A stretch of DNA of 63,315 bases, the filler included, from Welwitschia mirabilis (Eukaryota): the NCBI GenBank assembly GCA_051453625.1. It is 6 parts of one record of this genome, joined end to end, with 100 filler letters (N's around TTAATTAATTAA, not from the genome) between each part and the next. Parts side by side here need not be neighbours in the genome. Positions count along the whole stretch, not along the records: positions 27,626 to 49,837 come from JBOZIK010000001.1; 5 more parts are not named here. The stretch is one strand, 5' to 3'. Positions within the stretch are counted from its first letter, which is position 1. Every line of letters begins with the position of its first letter. Under the pieces are notes generated by a model, which did not search any database, was not told the origin of the DNA, and saw only the letters and a program-made list of their open reading frames with translations. Below are positions 27,745-40,206 of the stretch, in pieces. The position numbers were made by a program, and so were the translations under genes.

Positions 27745-29317
27745 AGATCATTCACACTAATAACTAGGTTTGATCTAATGATCGAATTTTTTACTATTGA
27801 ATGAGATATTTTAAATTAAACCAATATCTTTGAAGGGAAGTTCACTACTCTTCAAGGTTTGGTTATAAACAATGGACATGCTTCATTTGATTGTATAAAT
27901 TTATTTGGATCTCAATCACAAAATACTCCTTTTTACTTTGACATGTACTTCTGCTAGCATTCGAAACCATATTTTTCTTTCTACTTATGATACCCCATTC
28001 CTTGTGATTTCTATTAGTTACTCTACCTCCTAGAGGCATCTTGCAAACCTTAAAGGATGAATAAGTGCAAGTACGCATATTTGTCAATCATCCATACTAC
28101 TGATGTAAGGTTTATGGATTTGGCATCAAAATCCATACGTATAGAAGGTTATTGGTGGAGCCAACAAATAATCTTAAGTGGAAATGAATCAAATCTAAAT
28201 CACATTGACTTTAGGTTAAAAGAGTATGCTAGGATAGCACTTTACAATTGAACCACTTTAAAATTTTGGTGTGCATTTGCTTAAACTTTGTTTGCATTAT
28301 TTATTTGAATGATTTTATTCTGGTACGCAAAGGGTTTAAGCTTTTACTATTACATTTTATTTTCAATAAATCTTAAAAACCATCTTCTAGGATCAATCCT
28401 CTCATTAAATTTAATTTTTTAATGAAAAGGTTAAATATGATCAAAGTAGTTATGAATCTCTCCTTTATTGCTATTTCCTTTTGTCATTGTTTTTTTTGGT
28501 CCTTCATGATCATGTTGGTCTTTGTGTCCTTCCTAGTTGAGGCTTTAGACTTGATTACTAATGTAACATTATGTGGAGGTTTGGGGGGTACATAATGTCT
28601 TAGATACCATCTTACAAAATGATGTTTGAGCCAAGTCCATCTCATTTGAACCTCTAATTGCATTACTCATTATGTCTATCTTTTTTATTTCTGTTTAGAA
28701 GAAACAATATGCTTTAAACCTTCAAGTAGATTTATACCTTTTGAGGCATTCTTTAATTACTTATTTTAATTTTTATCATCATTAGAAGTAACCTTTATAC
28801 CCTCATGATTTTTCAAAAGAAAATATTGATTTTGAAGTTTAAATCTTATAGAATGCTCATTGTTAGAATTTGTCTCTTCTTTTATTAGGACTTCCTAAGA
28901 GTCAACATTACCATCTAATTTTGGGATTAGTAACAATGGATATAACCTAATGCTTTGCTAATTTAATCATATATTACAAAAGGGCCTAATCAAGAACAAG
29001 TTTAAATGAAAAAAGAACTCTAGGTAGCTAACTCATTAAAGAATGAAGGTTGATTCATAAGAATTGGCAACTCAATACTATGCATGGCTTAACTTAGATG
29101 AGAATAGTAGAGTCACAATAAATGAGTAATTTAAAAAAAAAAGAATTGTAATATTAGACATCTTGGAATACTAAATAGAATCAAAAGAATTACCAATTTC
29201 AAAGGATAGGCTTGACAATTAAAGTTTTATTAGATTTATCGTAGTTTTATATTCAAACACATTGTCTTTTTATCGTGGAGCCTCTGATCACATTTCAAAG
29301 GGCACATGTTTGCCAAT

Positions 29318-29385
29318 GGAGTTGTCGTCCAATTAGTGAAACACTTGCCTTCTATTTAGGAGGTCATGGGTTTGAACCATGACTT
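29318..29385 (+). mobile_element. tRNA-like head (degenerate SINE or tRNA pseudogene)
   Basis: A-box-like TCGTCCAATTAG and B-box-like GGGTTTGAACC (29368-29378) at tRNA spacing. Stem gtcatgg..ccatgac surrounds the B box. No clear TSD. Confidence 0.5.
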
Positions 29386-29487
29386 TAGGCCTTTACAAGT
29401 GATGTTAAGACAATATGAGTCTTTGGGCATAATTAAATTATTTATTGGGGTAACTATGATGGCTACATTCCCTTAGGGAGGTATAAT

Positions 29488-29746
29488 TACAAAACGTTTC
29501 GAGTTGAACGTTATGCTTTGTAAATTGCATTTATTTACAATTTAGATGTATATTCCCTTTATTAAGCCAAAAAATTACACATGTTTAAAATATAGAGACA
29601 TACTCTCTTCACTAATGCGATTACTAAAAGTTTCGAATTTAACATCACACCTTGTGAAATACACATTTACAATTTAAAGGCATATTCTTTTCACTAAAAC
29701 AAAGGTTGAATTTATTTAAAAGTTAGATGCATATTCCTTTCAGTAA
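29488..29746. repeat. Degenerate ~132-bp duplication containing four ~33-bp units
   Basis: Units of the form atttacaatttagatgtatattccctttattaa start at ~29533, 29583, 29665 and 29714. Confidence 0.65.
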
Positions 29747-30401
29747 ACTAAATATTTCTCTCATACTGTTCAAATCCACACATGCTTCCCAACCTATGGC
29801 CAAACAACAAAAAGTTAATTTTGTTATCAACGATTTGCATTTTACACGTTCTAGTGACATTATTTATATCAACAAATAATATCAAACATAAGTTTTCACA
29901 GAATTTCTAATCAAAGGTGGTTTCACGCTTTTGATTACCTCAAATTCCTTACAAATGATGTGTATGCATAAGCAGTTCTTCCTGCGTGGTCAGAAGAATA
30001 AGACATGTTTCTTGCAAATAATTTCTTATGCCAAACACGTATCACTCATTTGGTAGGCATGGATTTTGTTTGCCATAAATTTTGAGTTGCAGAGTTCGGT
30101 TCTAAGTTTCTGTGGGAGAAGAATTGACCGCGGAAGTCATCTATCATAATGGGATAGAAATTTACAGGCGCATAGTGTAGAAACTCTGACCGATTCCTGT
30201 TGATTCACCCGAACGTGAATTTGATTCTGGAAGAAGCGGACAAAATTAATGCACAGTTACGGACATTACAGACATAGATATCAGTTGGATGACTGTTAAA
30301 CGATCTTTCCGCGTGTCAAGAAGTCCAAATCATTGATCAAAACCAGAGCCAAAGATCTCGCGATGCTGAGGTACCGGTAGAGGCTAGAAAACACTCGTAA
30401 G

Positions 30402-30759
30402 ATGCTTTCGCCCAACTCCTGTTTACGTAATTGCTGTTTACGCTCGGCGGTAGTATCAGGAGTGTTCAAGACTGGAAGAATGGGGAGCACGGAGGCGTCG
30501 AAGAAGGCACAGAAGAAGCCAAAGATCAAAGGAGTGGTTTTCGACATGGACGGAACCCTCACAGTGCCTGTCATAGACTTCGCTCTGATGAAGCGGAAGG
30601 TTCTAGGCGAAGGCCGATCAGATTTCAAACCATCAGATACTTCTCGCATTGACATTCTTCACCAAATCGAGCAGTGGGAGCCTGAGCGGCAGGAGAAGGC
30701 CTATTCCATTATCACTAGCATGGAGCGCGAGGCTCAGGAAAAGCTGCAGATTATGCCTG
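30402..30759 (+). CDS. HAD-like hydrolase (At2g33255-like), exon 1 only
   Basis: HAD motif I GVVFDMDGTLTVPVIDF and IDILHQIEQW..LQIMPG match this plant family. Donor G|GTATTC at 30759/30760. Alternative in-frame ATG at 30480. GC/CpG-rich island. Confidence 0.92.
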
Positions 30760-33700
30760 GTATTCACAATTTTTCAGCTGGCATCATTTCGGCAATTCCA
30801 TGATCGAATTAGGCTTTTCAAAAATAATTATGAAAATAGATCAACATGGAGCTCTGGCCTCCTATAGATGCCAGATTTCGGATTTTCCTGGGGGAAAAAA
30901 TGCTTTCTAATTGCCTGTATGTTTGTTTTGCTTTCAGCAAGTGCTTTTAAGCCACTTCGTTGTGAAGTTAACGTTCTAGGTGTTTTTGGAGGATTCATTG
31001 GAATGGTGGAGTATAAGAGCTCTTTTTCCTTCCAGGCAGTAGCAAGCAAACATAGAAAAAAGCTGACATTGTAACTTTCAGTCACAAAAGCTTAGAGGCA
31101 TATAATGAGGCAGATTATTTATCATCGTTATCTTTTATTTTATAAAAAGTAGTATTCCAGCAACATTTATTCTATTCTTGTGTATTTCTAAGTTTAATGT
31201 ACAGTGAACCAGATTATTTATTTTAAAAAACAAAGGCATACGATGAACCAGATGAAGTAAATGAGAGAAATTGAAAAACAAAAGCAAGTAGCCTTGCAGA
31301 ACGTTCTTCCTACCCAACATTTGCTGTGTCACATACTTTCGTATATCATCTAAAATATAATCTAGTGCGTCTAGTGCGTTTAATTAAGACAAGAAGTGCC
31401 TGCTCATTATGAGGACCTTAACAAAAGTAGATTTATGCCTTCATAAATTTTCAGAGAAATATGAATTTAGGAAGCTTTTATGGAGGCTGGCTGGCTTCAG
31501 CAGCTCTCCACTTGCTTTCAATATAATTTGTATACACCTCAGTGGCATTTAAAGTTCTTTGAACATTGTCCAGTTGTTTGAGAAGCTGCATTGAAGTTAA
31601 TGAATCATGAAATTAACATAAGCAATACATGGAATTCATAAATTAACATACAAATGGAAGGCCAACAAAGGACACTGCTATTTTTTTTTTTTAAACAAAC
31701 AGAGGACACTGCTAATTTTTTTTAAAAAAGGAAGGTAATAACCTGTAAACTGTTGTTGTTACTTGTTCAACTTGAACCCAATACCCTATACTCCACTATT
31801 CTCTTGTCCAAAATTATCCTTTTCCAATCACTTGTTAAAGTCATACAGATTAAGTGAAATAAGAAGATTACCTTAGTTCTAATGAATGCTCTTAACAGGG
31901 GCTCAATATTCCATTTTTACCAAAAAAAAACATTATATAAATGTAAAACGCCCTTCCTGCCACAGGCCTAACAACCTTTTTAATCATAGCTTCCAAGCTG
32001 ACCGCTGGACTTGTTGCCTTGTGTGTGAGAGAGACTGAGCCCTAAAGCAAGCCCAAGAGTTTTCTAATCTTGCGCAAGAGACAGCCCTTGGCTCAGACCT
32101 TAATGAAAACCTTTTGCAGTCTACTTTTTAAGAGATTGACAATTTCCTTCTTAATGGAAATGAAAACCTGCAGCATGTGCAGTAATCTCCCTACAGACCT
32201 CAAGTCCTATGGAATGGGTATCACAAGCTTTGGTAGCCGACCCTATTGGATTTTTGCTCAACCTTCCCTTTGAAACCTAAGACTATCTTGGTTGGTTTCA
32301 TGAAAGAAGCCCACAAAAGCAAGAATGTTTGAACTTGCAGAACAACTGATTTGCCAAATGAAGGTGGTGCATCATTGTTACGAGTTTAAGCAGCAAAAAC
32401 GTAAGAACAATAGTGTAAGAACACCAAAGATTTACAGGAAGATCCCCAATCCATTAAACAATGATGGGAGCAGTCAAAGCTTTCTATCATCAGTTAAAAC
32501 AGTCAAACCCAAGGACATAAGATATCTTCAATAGCTTGAATAGGGCATCAAACACAGCAATGGCCAAACAAACCTTAGAGTGGACTAGAATGCTTTCACC
32601 CCCTTTAGGGTTACAACTGTAATGTCAAATTGATGGTACAATAAATTAAAAAATTTTATTTTACACTTTGTTTTTGGGTTTTTGAACATGTCAGCACAAA
32701 AAAAAAAAAAAAAAAAGAATAATGCATAGAAGGAAGTTTTGGCTTCACTATTTAACAATTATTTACTATGACTCTCATTAGTAGGTCATTGACCATTTAC
32801 AATCTAACTCTAACAAGCTTCCAAGTTTTCTCTGCTTTGTGATCATTGCAGGACTCTTGTTGTCTTTCATGATTATACCAATCATTCTGATCTTAATTGC
32901 ATTGTTGTAATGCAAAGATCTTCATCTCAACCAAAACTTGAACCAAAGGGAAGTTTTGACTCTTGAGCACCAACAAACTCCACCTTATGTGCCTAACTAG
33001 AAAAAAGTAACTTTACGATGCTGTAACCCACTCTTGGCCATCTAATGAAGGTTCCTCACCTACACGTGTAGGTTCTTCCTCTCCATGGATATTAGCACCC
33101 TTGCTGACATTATTATTCATTAGAAAATCTCTGTTATTTGTGATGCCATCCTCTTCTTCCTTTGGCTAAAGAAGTAGTCTAGGGAGATCCACTAAGCTTT
33201 TAAGACGAGTGTCCAAGGGCATGAAAGGAGCAAAGTATAACTGAATGCTCTAAAACTACACTACTCGTTGATTTGTGATGAGGGGCTTTGGTAAAATAGC
33301 ACTAACATTGATGTGGCAAGTCGGCACCTTTTCCAGTTGGTCATGGGTTACAGATGATAGTGGCCTTCAATGGGGAAGAATACATGCAACGTTATCATTT
33401 TGCCCTGCAATCATGACACATCAAGAGTTAGATGATAGGTATCATCAAGAGGTGTTTCAGAAGGAAATAAAAGGAGCAGTTGTTATGCAGATTTTAATGC
33501 AGGATTAGGATTTCAATTATTGGTTCTAAAGCAAGTTATGCATATAAACCTTTCCAAATGATTTGTCATATATAGTTGATAATACGTCAAAGTATATGAC
33601 CTTGCCTATGGGATATAAGACAACTATGGGAGAGATGCATGACAACCATGTAAGGAGATGGGATGACCTTAGGACATGGGAGATTAGGATAACCCAAAAA

Positions 33701-35398
33701 GGGGTTTTGGATGGGTAAGAAACACTGAGGCATGGCTCAATGTGATGGGTGTAAATCACGGGTGAGACATGGACATTTCATGGCTAGGTTCTAGGTTAGC
33801 AAGGGCCACCCATGCGTTTCCAAGCCAAGCAAACTTTCATGAATTAACTTCTTCCAGATAAAAAACAAAGGGTCTAAGCAAGCATAGTAGGACTCTCTTT
33901 TTCTATTAACATTGGCTGTTTCTATGTGGGTCCCATGTGTTTTATTCCTTCTTTGCATGAGACTATTAAAATTATTTAAAAGGGCTCAATATTATCTTAT
34001 TAGGGTTTTAACCCTAGTGTTTGTTATAAAAGGCGACTTATGTCTGATTGGGAGATATGGATGTAAGATTCTTTTGTTTATCTTGAGTGTTGATGCCAGG
34101 TTATCGTGGGTAGCTTGGGACCTTGACATTTCCGTTGATAATGAAAGCTTTGCACAGTTCCATGGGAGTGTGTTAGAGAAGGCCCAAATCACATAACTTT
34201 GTGTATGTTTTGCTTCTTGTTTTTTGTTTTCTCTTTACTGTTTTTCTGTTCTTCTAATGTGTTTTCTCAACATATCCATGGGTTTACATCTGGCCAAGCA
34301 AACCAGTGATCTTGTTGAGTACTGCATGATTTCCCTTATCCACATTAAAAAAAGAAAAAAAAAAGTGGGTTCTAAGCAAGCATCAAATGACTCCAACTTC
34401 ATCTTTAACCATTGATCTTGAGCTCATGTTGTTATTCTCCACACTTAGGCAAGTTGGCATAGTTTTTAAGAACTTGCATGTTAGAATTTCATACTGTAAC
34501 CTTTTATACTACAGAAGTTCTTAAAATTCCCCTGTCCTTTGAAAGAATAAGATTTAATGGGTTTTGTCATTTAAATCTTGTAGCAAATTCACAATAATTG
34601 GTGAATTTGTTAAAATTGTCCCCTTAAAATTGTTTTTTATGATGTTAAGTTTTTTATGTTGGAGGAAAGAAAAATTATATTAATGTCACCAAAGACTGAT
34701 AATAGATCACATGCGCCTTGTATTGTAATGTATGCAAAGTTGTTACATTCAATTCACTTCCTAAACTTAGTGTCCTAGGGCCAATAATGTTGGGTGTGTT
34801 TGTTGAGCATCATCAAATGTTTACCATGTACATGTCCAACAAGTGGAAAGTACAATCTCCTAGCGTACAAAATGAGTACCAACATGGGTGGAGGTTGGCC
34901 GATAGAGATTTCTTATCAGTGATGTTTTACTGTTTCTGGGATTTTCTGACAAGCTTTGGCAAACTGCTGATGTAGTGTGAGCTGACAGCCAATCTGTGCA
35001 GACTATTAACAAAACTTTGACTGTGGATGGGAATTTGGTTTGCTGTTGAAAAAAGAGCTGGATGGTCAAGAAAGCAATCACAAGGATTTCTACAAATAGT
35101 TCAGTCTGGTTCATTACTTTGCGAAAAGGAACTCCCATGTCTAATAGCATGTTTGGATAGATGTAAGATGCTAACTTGACAAGTGAAAGGCTAAGTGGAA
35201 AACATCTCAGGGAAGACAGTAGCATGTCAAATATGTTAATATGTAGAGAAGCAGAACTGAAATTATGAAAAGTTCAATAACCGAAAGCATGGTAAAATAA
35301 AATTGAACAATTTTATGAAGAAGAAATGGAAACAAAATAAGGGGTGAAAGTATAAAAGAAAAACTAATGGTAAGAAATTATAATAAATAGGTACTTAC

Positions 35399-36990
35399 TG
35401 TTTGTTTAAGTACAATGAGCCAGATCTAAGTTGGGTGAATACCCAGTATCGTTCTCTCCACAGGTATAATTGGGGTGGCTTAAGGAATTTACACAAGTCT
35501 TGCTTATTTTGCAAGTTAGAATAAAAGAAAGGGGAAAAAGAGAAAAGAGAGTTCAGAATGTTGTTTTGAAACTTCATTTGAAGAGGTAGGGAAGCAAGCA
35601 AGCTCCAAGATTTAGCCCAACTTGTTCACCATAGAATTCTTCACTTCAAATCATCAAGTAATGACGGCTCAAGTCATGGTGACATAATCCCATACACCAT
35701 ATGAGAGTTGGTAAATTTGGAAGTCACTTTGTCCTTCCTAGCCTTAAAATAGGCACGGAAAGTAAGGACTTAATACACTTAAGATCCATGACATAGAAAA
35801 GGACTAATTAACTAAGGAACTCACTTAGTTAATAAAGGAACTTGATGATGTGGATTCACAACATTAAAAGTACAAAGCTATTCGTGGCTTGAAACCAAGA
35901 TGAACATCTACTTTGTATTAAATCAGAAGAGATACATTATATCAAAAGAAAAAGAAGGAAGCTGGAAAGAACTCTTCAAGCTATCCTTGAAGCAAGCTCA
36001 CTCCCCAAAGAAAGTACTTATAAGGCCATGTCGACTTGACGCTTCAAAGGTTCTATTCTTTTGCCAAAACGGAGGATGTTACAAAGGAGGGAAGGTGCTT
36101 TTATAGGTGAGCATGGGATGAGGGGTAGTTACAAGCCTTTGGCTTGTAGCGTTAGGTGAGCAGTTTCGAAATATGTCATTTAGCATTAGGTAGAGTGTTT
36201 TTCATCTTGCATTAGGTGGGAAACATCATGATGAACCCAAGACTTGCCTTTTGGATGCTGTTACTTCTGTCAACTGATGATGATGCCACGTGTCTCCATC
36301 GTCAACCTACTTAAACTGCCAGATGTTGCTATTGTATGTGATCGTTGTCATCGCCACATGTCATTGATGATGCTAGTTATTTTTAGGGTGAAATCTGTTT
36401 AAAGCCATAACTGCAATCGGCTAAATTTTCCATGGCAAGTTCAAAATGTGAGATTTGAAGTATTTTGCATAGAACGACCGACGACGCCAGTGACTTGGAT
36501 TACGAACTAACATTTTAAACTGAATGATGTTCATCTTTTGCAATGTTCTTCTGAATGAGATAATTATCCGGAAAATCTCATGGGAAGATGATACATCCAT
36601 GATTACTATAGAAAAGCAATAGAAGGTATGTTTTTATAATAAATAAGTTTTTTTTGTTTTTGAAGAAATAGCGGGTAGGTAATTTTGTGTCACACAAATG
36701 CCTGGTGGCATCTGGGCTTGCGGAATCTATTCTGTTTGTATTCCCAGCCGATAGCGATTAGGTAATTTTGTGCCACACAAATGCCAGTGGCACTTGGGCC
36801 TACGAAATCTATTCCGTTTGTATTCCCTGCCATTGCCAGGGTTTGAATTTACCTCTAGGTCCATGTGTTTGTGACCTTACCAATCTGGTAAGCAGTCATT
36901 GACTATAATAAATTAGTTATATTAATGTTTTCTATTAAGATAAATTGATCAAATAACTTAAATCAAAATATCAATTTTTACATGTTAACA
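35399..36990 (-). repeat. Left (3') LTR, carrying a SINE insertion
   Basis: TG...CA termini. Collinear with 44444-45807; shadow ORFs 35900-36106 and 44981-45169 are homologous. Confidence 0.9.
36650..36903 (-). mobile_element. tRNA-derived SINE with A-rich tail, internal 83-bp tandem duplication and 15-bp TSD
   Basis: Absent from the partner LTR. Flanked by tataataaataagtt (36635-36649) and tataataaattagtt (36904-36918). T-run at the left end. Minus-strand A-box-like TACCAGATTGG (36890-36880) and B-box-like AATTCAAACCC (36849-36839). Confidence 0.8.
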
Positions 36991-36991
36991 T

Positions 36992-39310
36992 TTCTCTAGT
37001 TATAACCAGACTCAAGTAGCCACCTCTGATAGGATTAAGACAACCTTCACGACCAAGTGGGGTATGTATGCCTACAAGCAAGTACCATTTGGTTTAATGA
37101 ATGCTAGAGCTACGTTACAAAGACCACTGGTGTACAAACTGGCAAGATTAATTGGCAAGTGTATAGTCGTCTACTTGGATGACATAATAGTCTACTCCAA
37201 CAGGTAACCTAACCACGTTGCAGACCTACAGAAGATGTTCATTTGCTTTAAGAAATATGGAGTTTTCCTTAATCCAAAGAAGAGTATTATTGCTGTCTTG
37301 TCTCGTAAGTTATTGGGATATCTTGTGTCAGACCAAGGAATCGGAGTAGACGTAGAGTGAGGCCAAGTTATCTAGAAGATTCCATTGCCTGAATCCCTCA
37401 AAGAACGTTGCTCATTCTTAGGGTGGATTAGCTTTGTGAGGAGGTTTATCTTAACCTTTGCAGAGATAGTAGCCCCCATTATCCTCCTTTTGAAGAAGAA
37501 TGCACCATTTGTATGGTTACTGGAAGGAAAGAAGGCGTTTAAGTTGTTCAAGAAAGCAGTAACTGCCTCTCCACGCTTGGTGAGCCCTAATATCTCAAAA
37601 GAAATTTTTATCTAGGCCTGTGCTTTTGACGCAACCACAGCAGCAGTCCTCACCTAGAAGACAAAAGACTGGGAGGGTGGGCATGGCGAGTGTCTAGTTT
37701 CATTCATGAGTGGAAGGTTTAAGGATGTGGAACTATCTTATCATTATTTGGAAAAGTAGGCTTTTGCCAAAACACTAAAAAAGTTCTGATACTATATTCT
37801 GCGAGCAAAGGTAGTAAGAAGACATTGACCATGTAGTGTGTCACTTTTAGAAGAAAGGGACATCAATTTAAGGAGAATCAAATAGATATCAAAGTTGCAA
37901 GAGTATGCCATTTAGCTCGGCCCCACCAAGCTTGTCAGAGGGATGGGTTTAGCTTGAAGCAACTCAGTTCGTGAAAACACTTTTGTACAAAGACATTTAT
38001 CTCTATGTATTGGATGGATCCCTTTGTGAAAACACTTTTGTCTCATTCAAGAAGGCTTTTAAGCCAAGAGCAACATGTTTCATAATAAAAAATTGGAGTA
38101 TTGTTCTAATGAAACTATGAGGAGATATATCTGAAGTGTGCTACCAAAGATGAAGTTTAGCGATTGCCCTAGGGATTTCATGAGAGCATTAATAGAGGAC
38201 ATATTTCTACAGGCCTACTAGCAGCACAGATCATGAGAGCTAGGTAGTATTGGCTGATTGTGGCAAAGGATGTTTTCGATCATGCCCAGACTTGTGATAT
38301 CTACCAGCGTTTCTCGTCCAGAAATCAGAATCCAATGTTTCCTCTACTCCCTATCTTGAATGCCAGCGTTTCTCGTCCAGAAATCAGAATCCAATGTTTC
38401 CTCTACTTCCTATCTTGAAGACTCGGCCGTTTGGAAAGTGGGTCCTTCATTTTATTGGTGAGATCTATCCTCCTTCCTTTGCAGTCCATTCTTTCATCTT
38501 TACTAGTTGGATCATTCCACCATTGGATGGAAGCTGAATCTATTACTCAATCAGATACATAGAAGGTGATAGGGTTCCTAGAGAAGAATATCATCACAGA
38601 CTTCAGATATCCTTATGCTCTGGTGTGTGACAATAGCAAAGCCTCTACTACTATTTGGTTTGCAAAATGGTGTTATGACAACCAAATTTCTTTGAAAATC
38701 TACACCAAGTATTATCTTCAAGGTAATGGCCTAGCGGGATCATCCAATAAAAATCCCTTAACTAGAATCAAGAAGATGACAATTGTTACGCCCTTCCCTT
38801 CTTCCATGGGAAAGGAGGAGATATTCGACTTTTATGAAGGTAGGGAGTCAGCTATCCCATAGACACATAGGAGCGAGCACAGTCTCATCAAGTACGTGCT
38901 ATAGGCAGACAAATTGAGACATAAGACTACCATCTAGTCAAGCCTATACTATCTTTTGCTTGGCTATTCAACATCACTTGGAGACCTATGATTTCATGTA
39001 GACTTATTTAAGTTCTTCAGAAGCTTTTTTAGGTAGAAAGGGCACGTTGTTGGAGTTACAGGATACTAAAAATGAGGTTTTTTATACTGTGCTGGAGCAT
39101 CAAGCTATAGTCAAGAGACAATTTGACAAGAGGTCCACCCTAAAAGGATTTCATATTGGAGACGTGCTACTAGCAAGGGATAGAACAACAGATAAAGTTG
39201 GAGGACACTAGAAGCTCAACCCTCTTTGGCTAGGGCCATATTAGATAGAAGCCTTTGTGGGTGCTTAGGACTATAAACTCGTGGATTTGCAAGGAAGAAA
39301 GCTCACAGAC
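36992..39310 (+). mobile_element. Degenerate non-chromoviral Ty3/gypsy pol (RT-RNaseH-integrase) of a different family
   Basis: FSSYNQ..DRIKTTFTTKWG..PFGLMNA and VYLDDIIVYS (~37170). RNaseH follows, then the integrase zinc-finger region, LVCDN, YYLQGNGLA and LWLGPY. Confidence 0.9.
38304..38419. repeat. Tandem duplication with 59-bp period inside integrase
   Basis: ccagcgtttctcgtccagaaatcagaatcc...tatcttgaa occurs twice with one mismatch. Confidence 0.95.
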
Positions 39311-40123
39311 NNNNNNNNNNNNNNNNNNNNNNNNNNNNNNNNNNNNNNNNNNNNNNNNNNNNNNNNNNNNNNNNNNNNNNNNNNNNNNNNNNNNNNNNNN
39401 NNNNNNNNNNAAACAATCAACATGAAAAAATTATCTAAGGTAAAATAGTCAAGTGTGACATGATATATCTTTGAAAAATGTATGAACAATTTTCTAAAAT
39501 TTAGGCATCAAAATTTAAAAATTTTGTGAAAAATGGATGCCATACCCCTAACCAAAACTGAACTTTATCCTCAAAGTTTATGATAGAGAGTGTTGAAACT
39601 ATTTTGAGAGTATATCCTTCGAAAATTTTAATAAGTTCTTTTTATTGAAAAAAATGTAAAGTGATGCAACTAAGCTACAAGGGGAAAAAAACTACCTAAT
39701 GCGAGTCAATCATTTTTATTTCTTTATGAAAAACGCTAAGTGAAAAGCCAATCCATAAAAATAGTTTATGCCTTATGATGTTATTTCTCATAAATGGGGG
39801 TGAAGTGGAATGGGTGATGGAGATGGAGAATGAAAATATGGCAAAGGACTCAACCATCTAATCGATGAATAAAAGAGACAACCTACCTAAGTCAATTGCT
39901 TTTATTATATATTTGTGATTTTTAATGAATCATGATATCAAATTAGTGTTGACCAAATAACTTATATGAGTTCAAGAAATCATAGCAAATATTAAGTTAA
40001 AGACAACAGAACTCAAAAGGCCTCTAATTCCTAGCTTTTTCTTTCCTTTATTTTCCTTTTTTACCAGCATATATGTCCTTTGTTTTAAGCCCTTGAATCA
40101 TATTGAGCATCTAGTATTATGAC

Positions 40124-40206
40124 ATTTTCTTCCAACAGAGTTAAGTATGTTGATTTGTGAAGAAATTTTCTTCCAACAGAGTTAAGTATGTTGACTTGTG
40201 AAGAAA
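40124..40206. repeat. 41-bp tandem duplication
   Basis: attttcttccaacagagttaagtatgttgaYttgtgaagaa occurs twice. Confidence 0.95.

Noticed and set aside
27800..29000. Possible minus-strand gypsy gag-protease remnant
   Set aside because: Too eroded to assign motifs by eye.
30296..30655. 119-aa antisense ORF over HAD exon 1
   Set aside because: Shadow of a GC-rich coding exon, with no independent motif.
30760..30803. ORF continuation IHNFSAGIISAIP* as the HAD C-terminus
   Set aside because: Read-through into the intron; HAD motifs II-IV would be missing.
30930..31075. Nearby AG acceptors as HAD exon 2
   Set aside because: Spliced translations do not resemble the family continuation, and one stops at once.
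32050..32620. Possible LINE ORF1 remnant (minus WIGDLPVNLW)
   Set aside because: A single weak motif; needs a profile search.
33530..34128. Possible solo LTR ending ccttgaCA
   Set aside because: No convincing TG start or TSD found.
35900..36106. Homologous small ORFs at 35900 and 44981 as a duplicated gene
   Set aside because: They lie within the paired LTRs, so the similarity is explained by the repeat.
36676..36690. Sm-site-like AATTTTG suggesting an snRNA
   Set aside because: No recognisable U snRNA sequence or USE/TATA promoter; the TSD and tail favour a minus-strand SINE.
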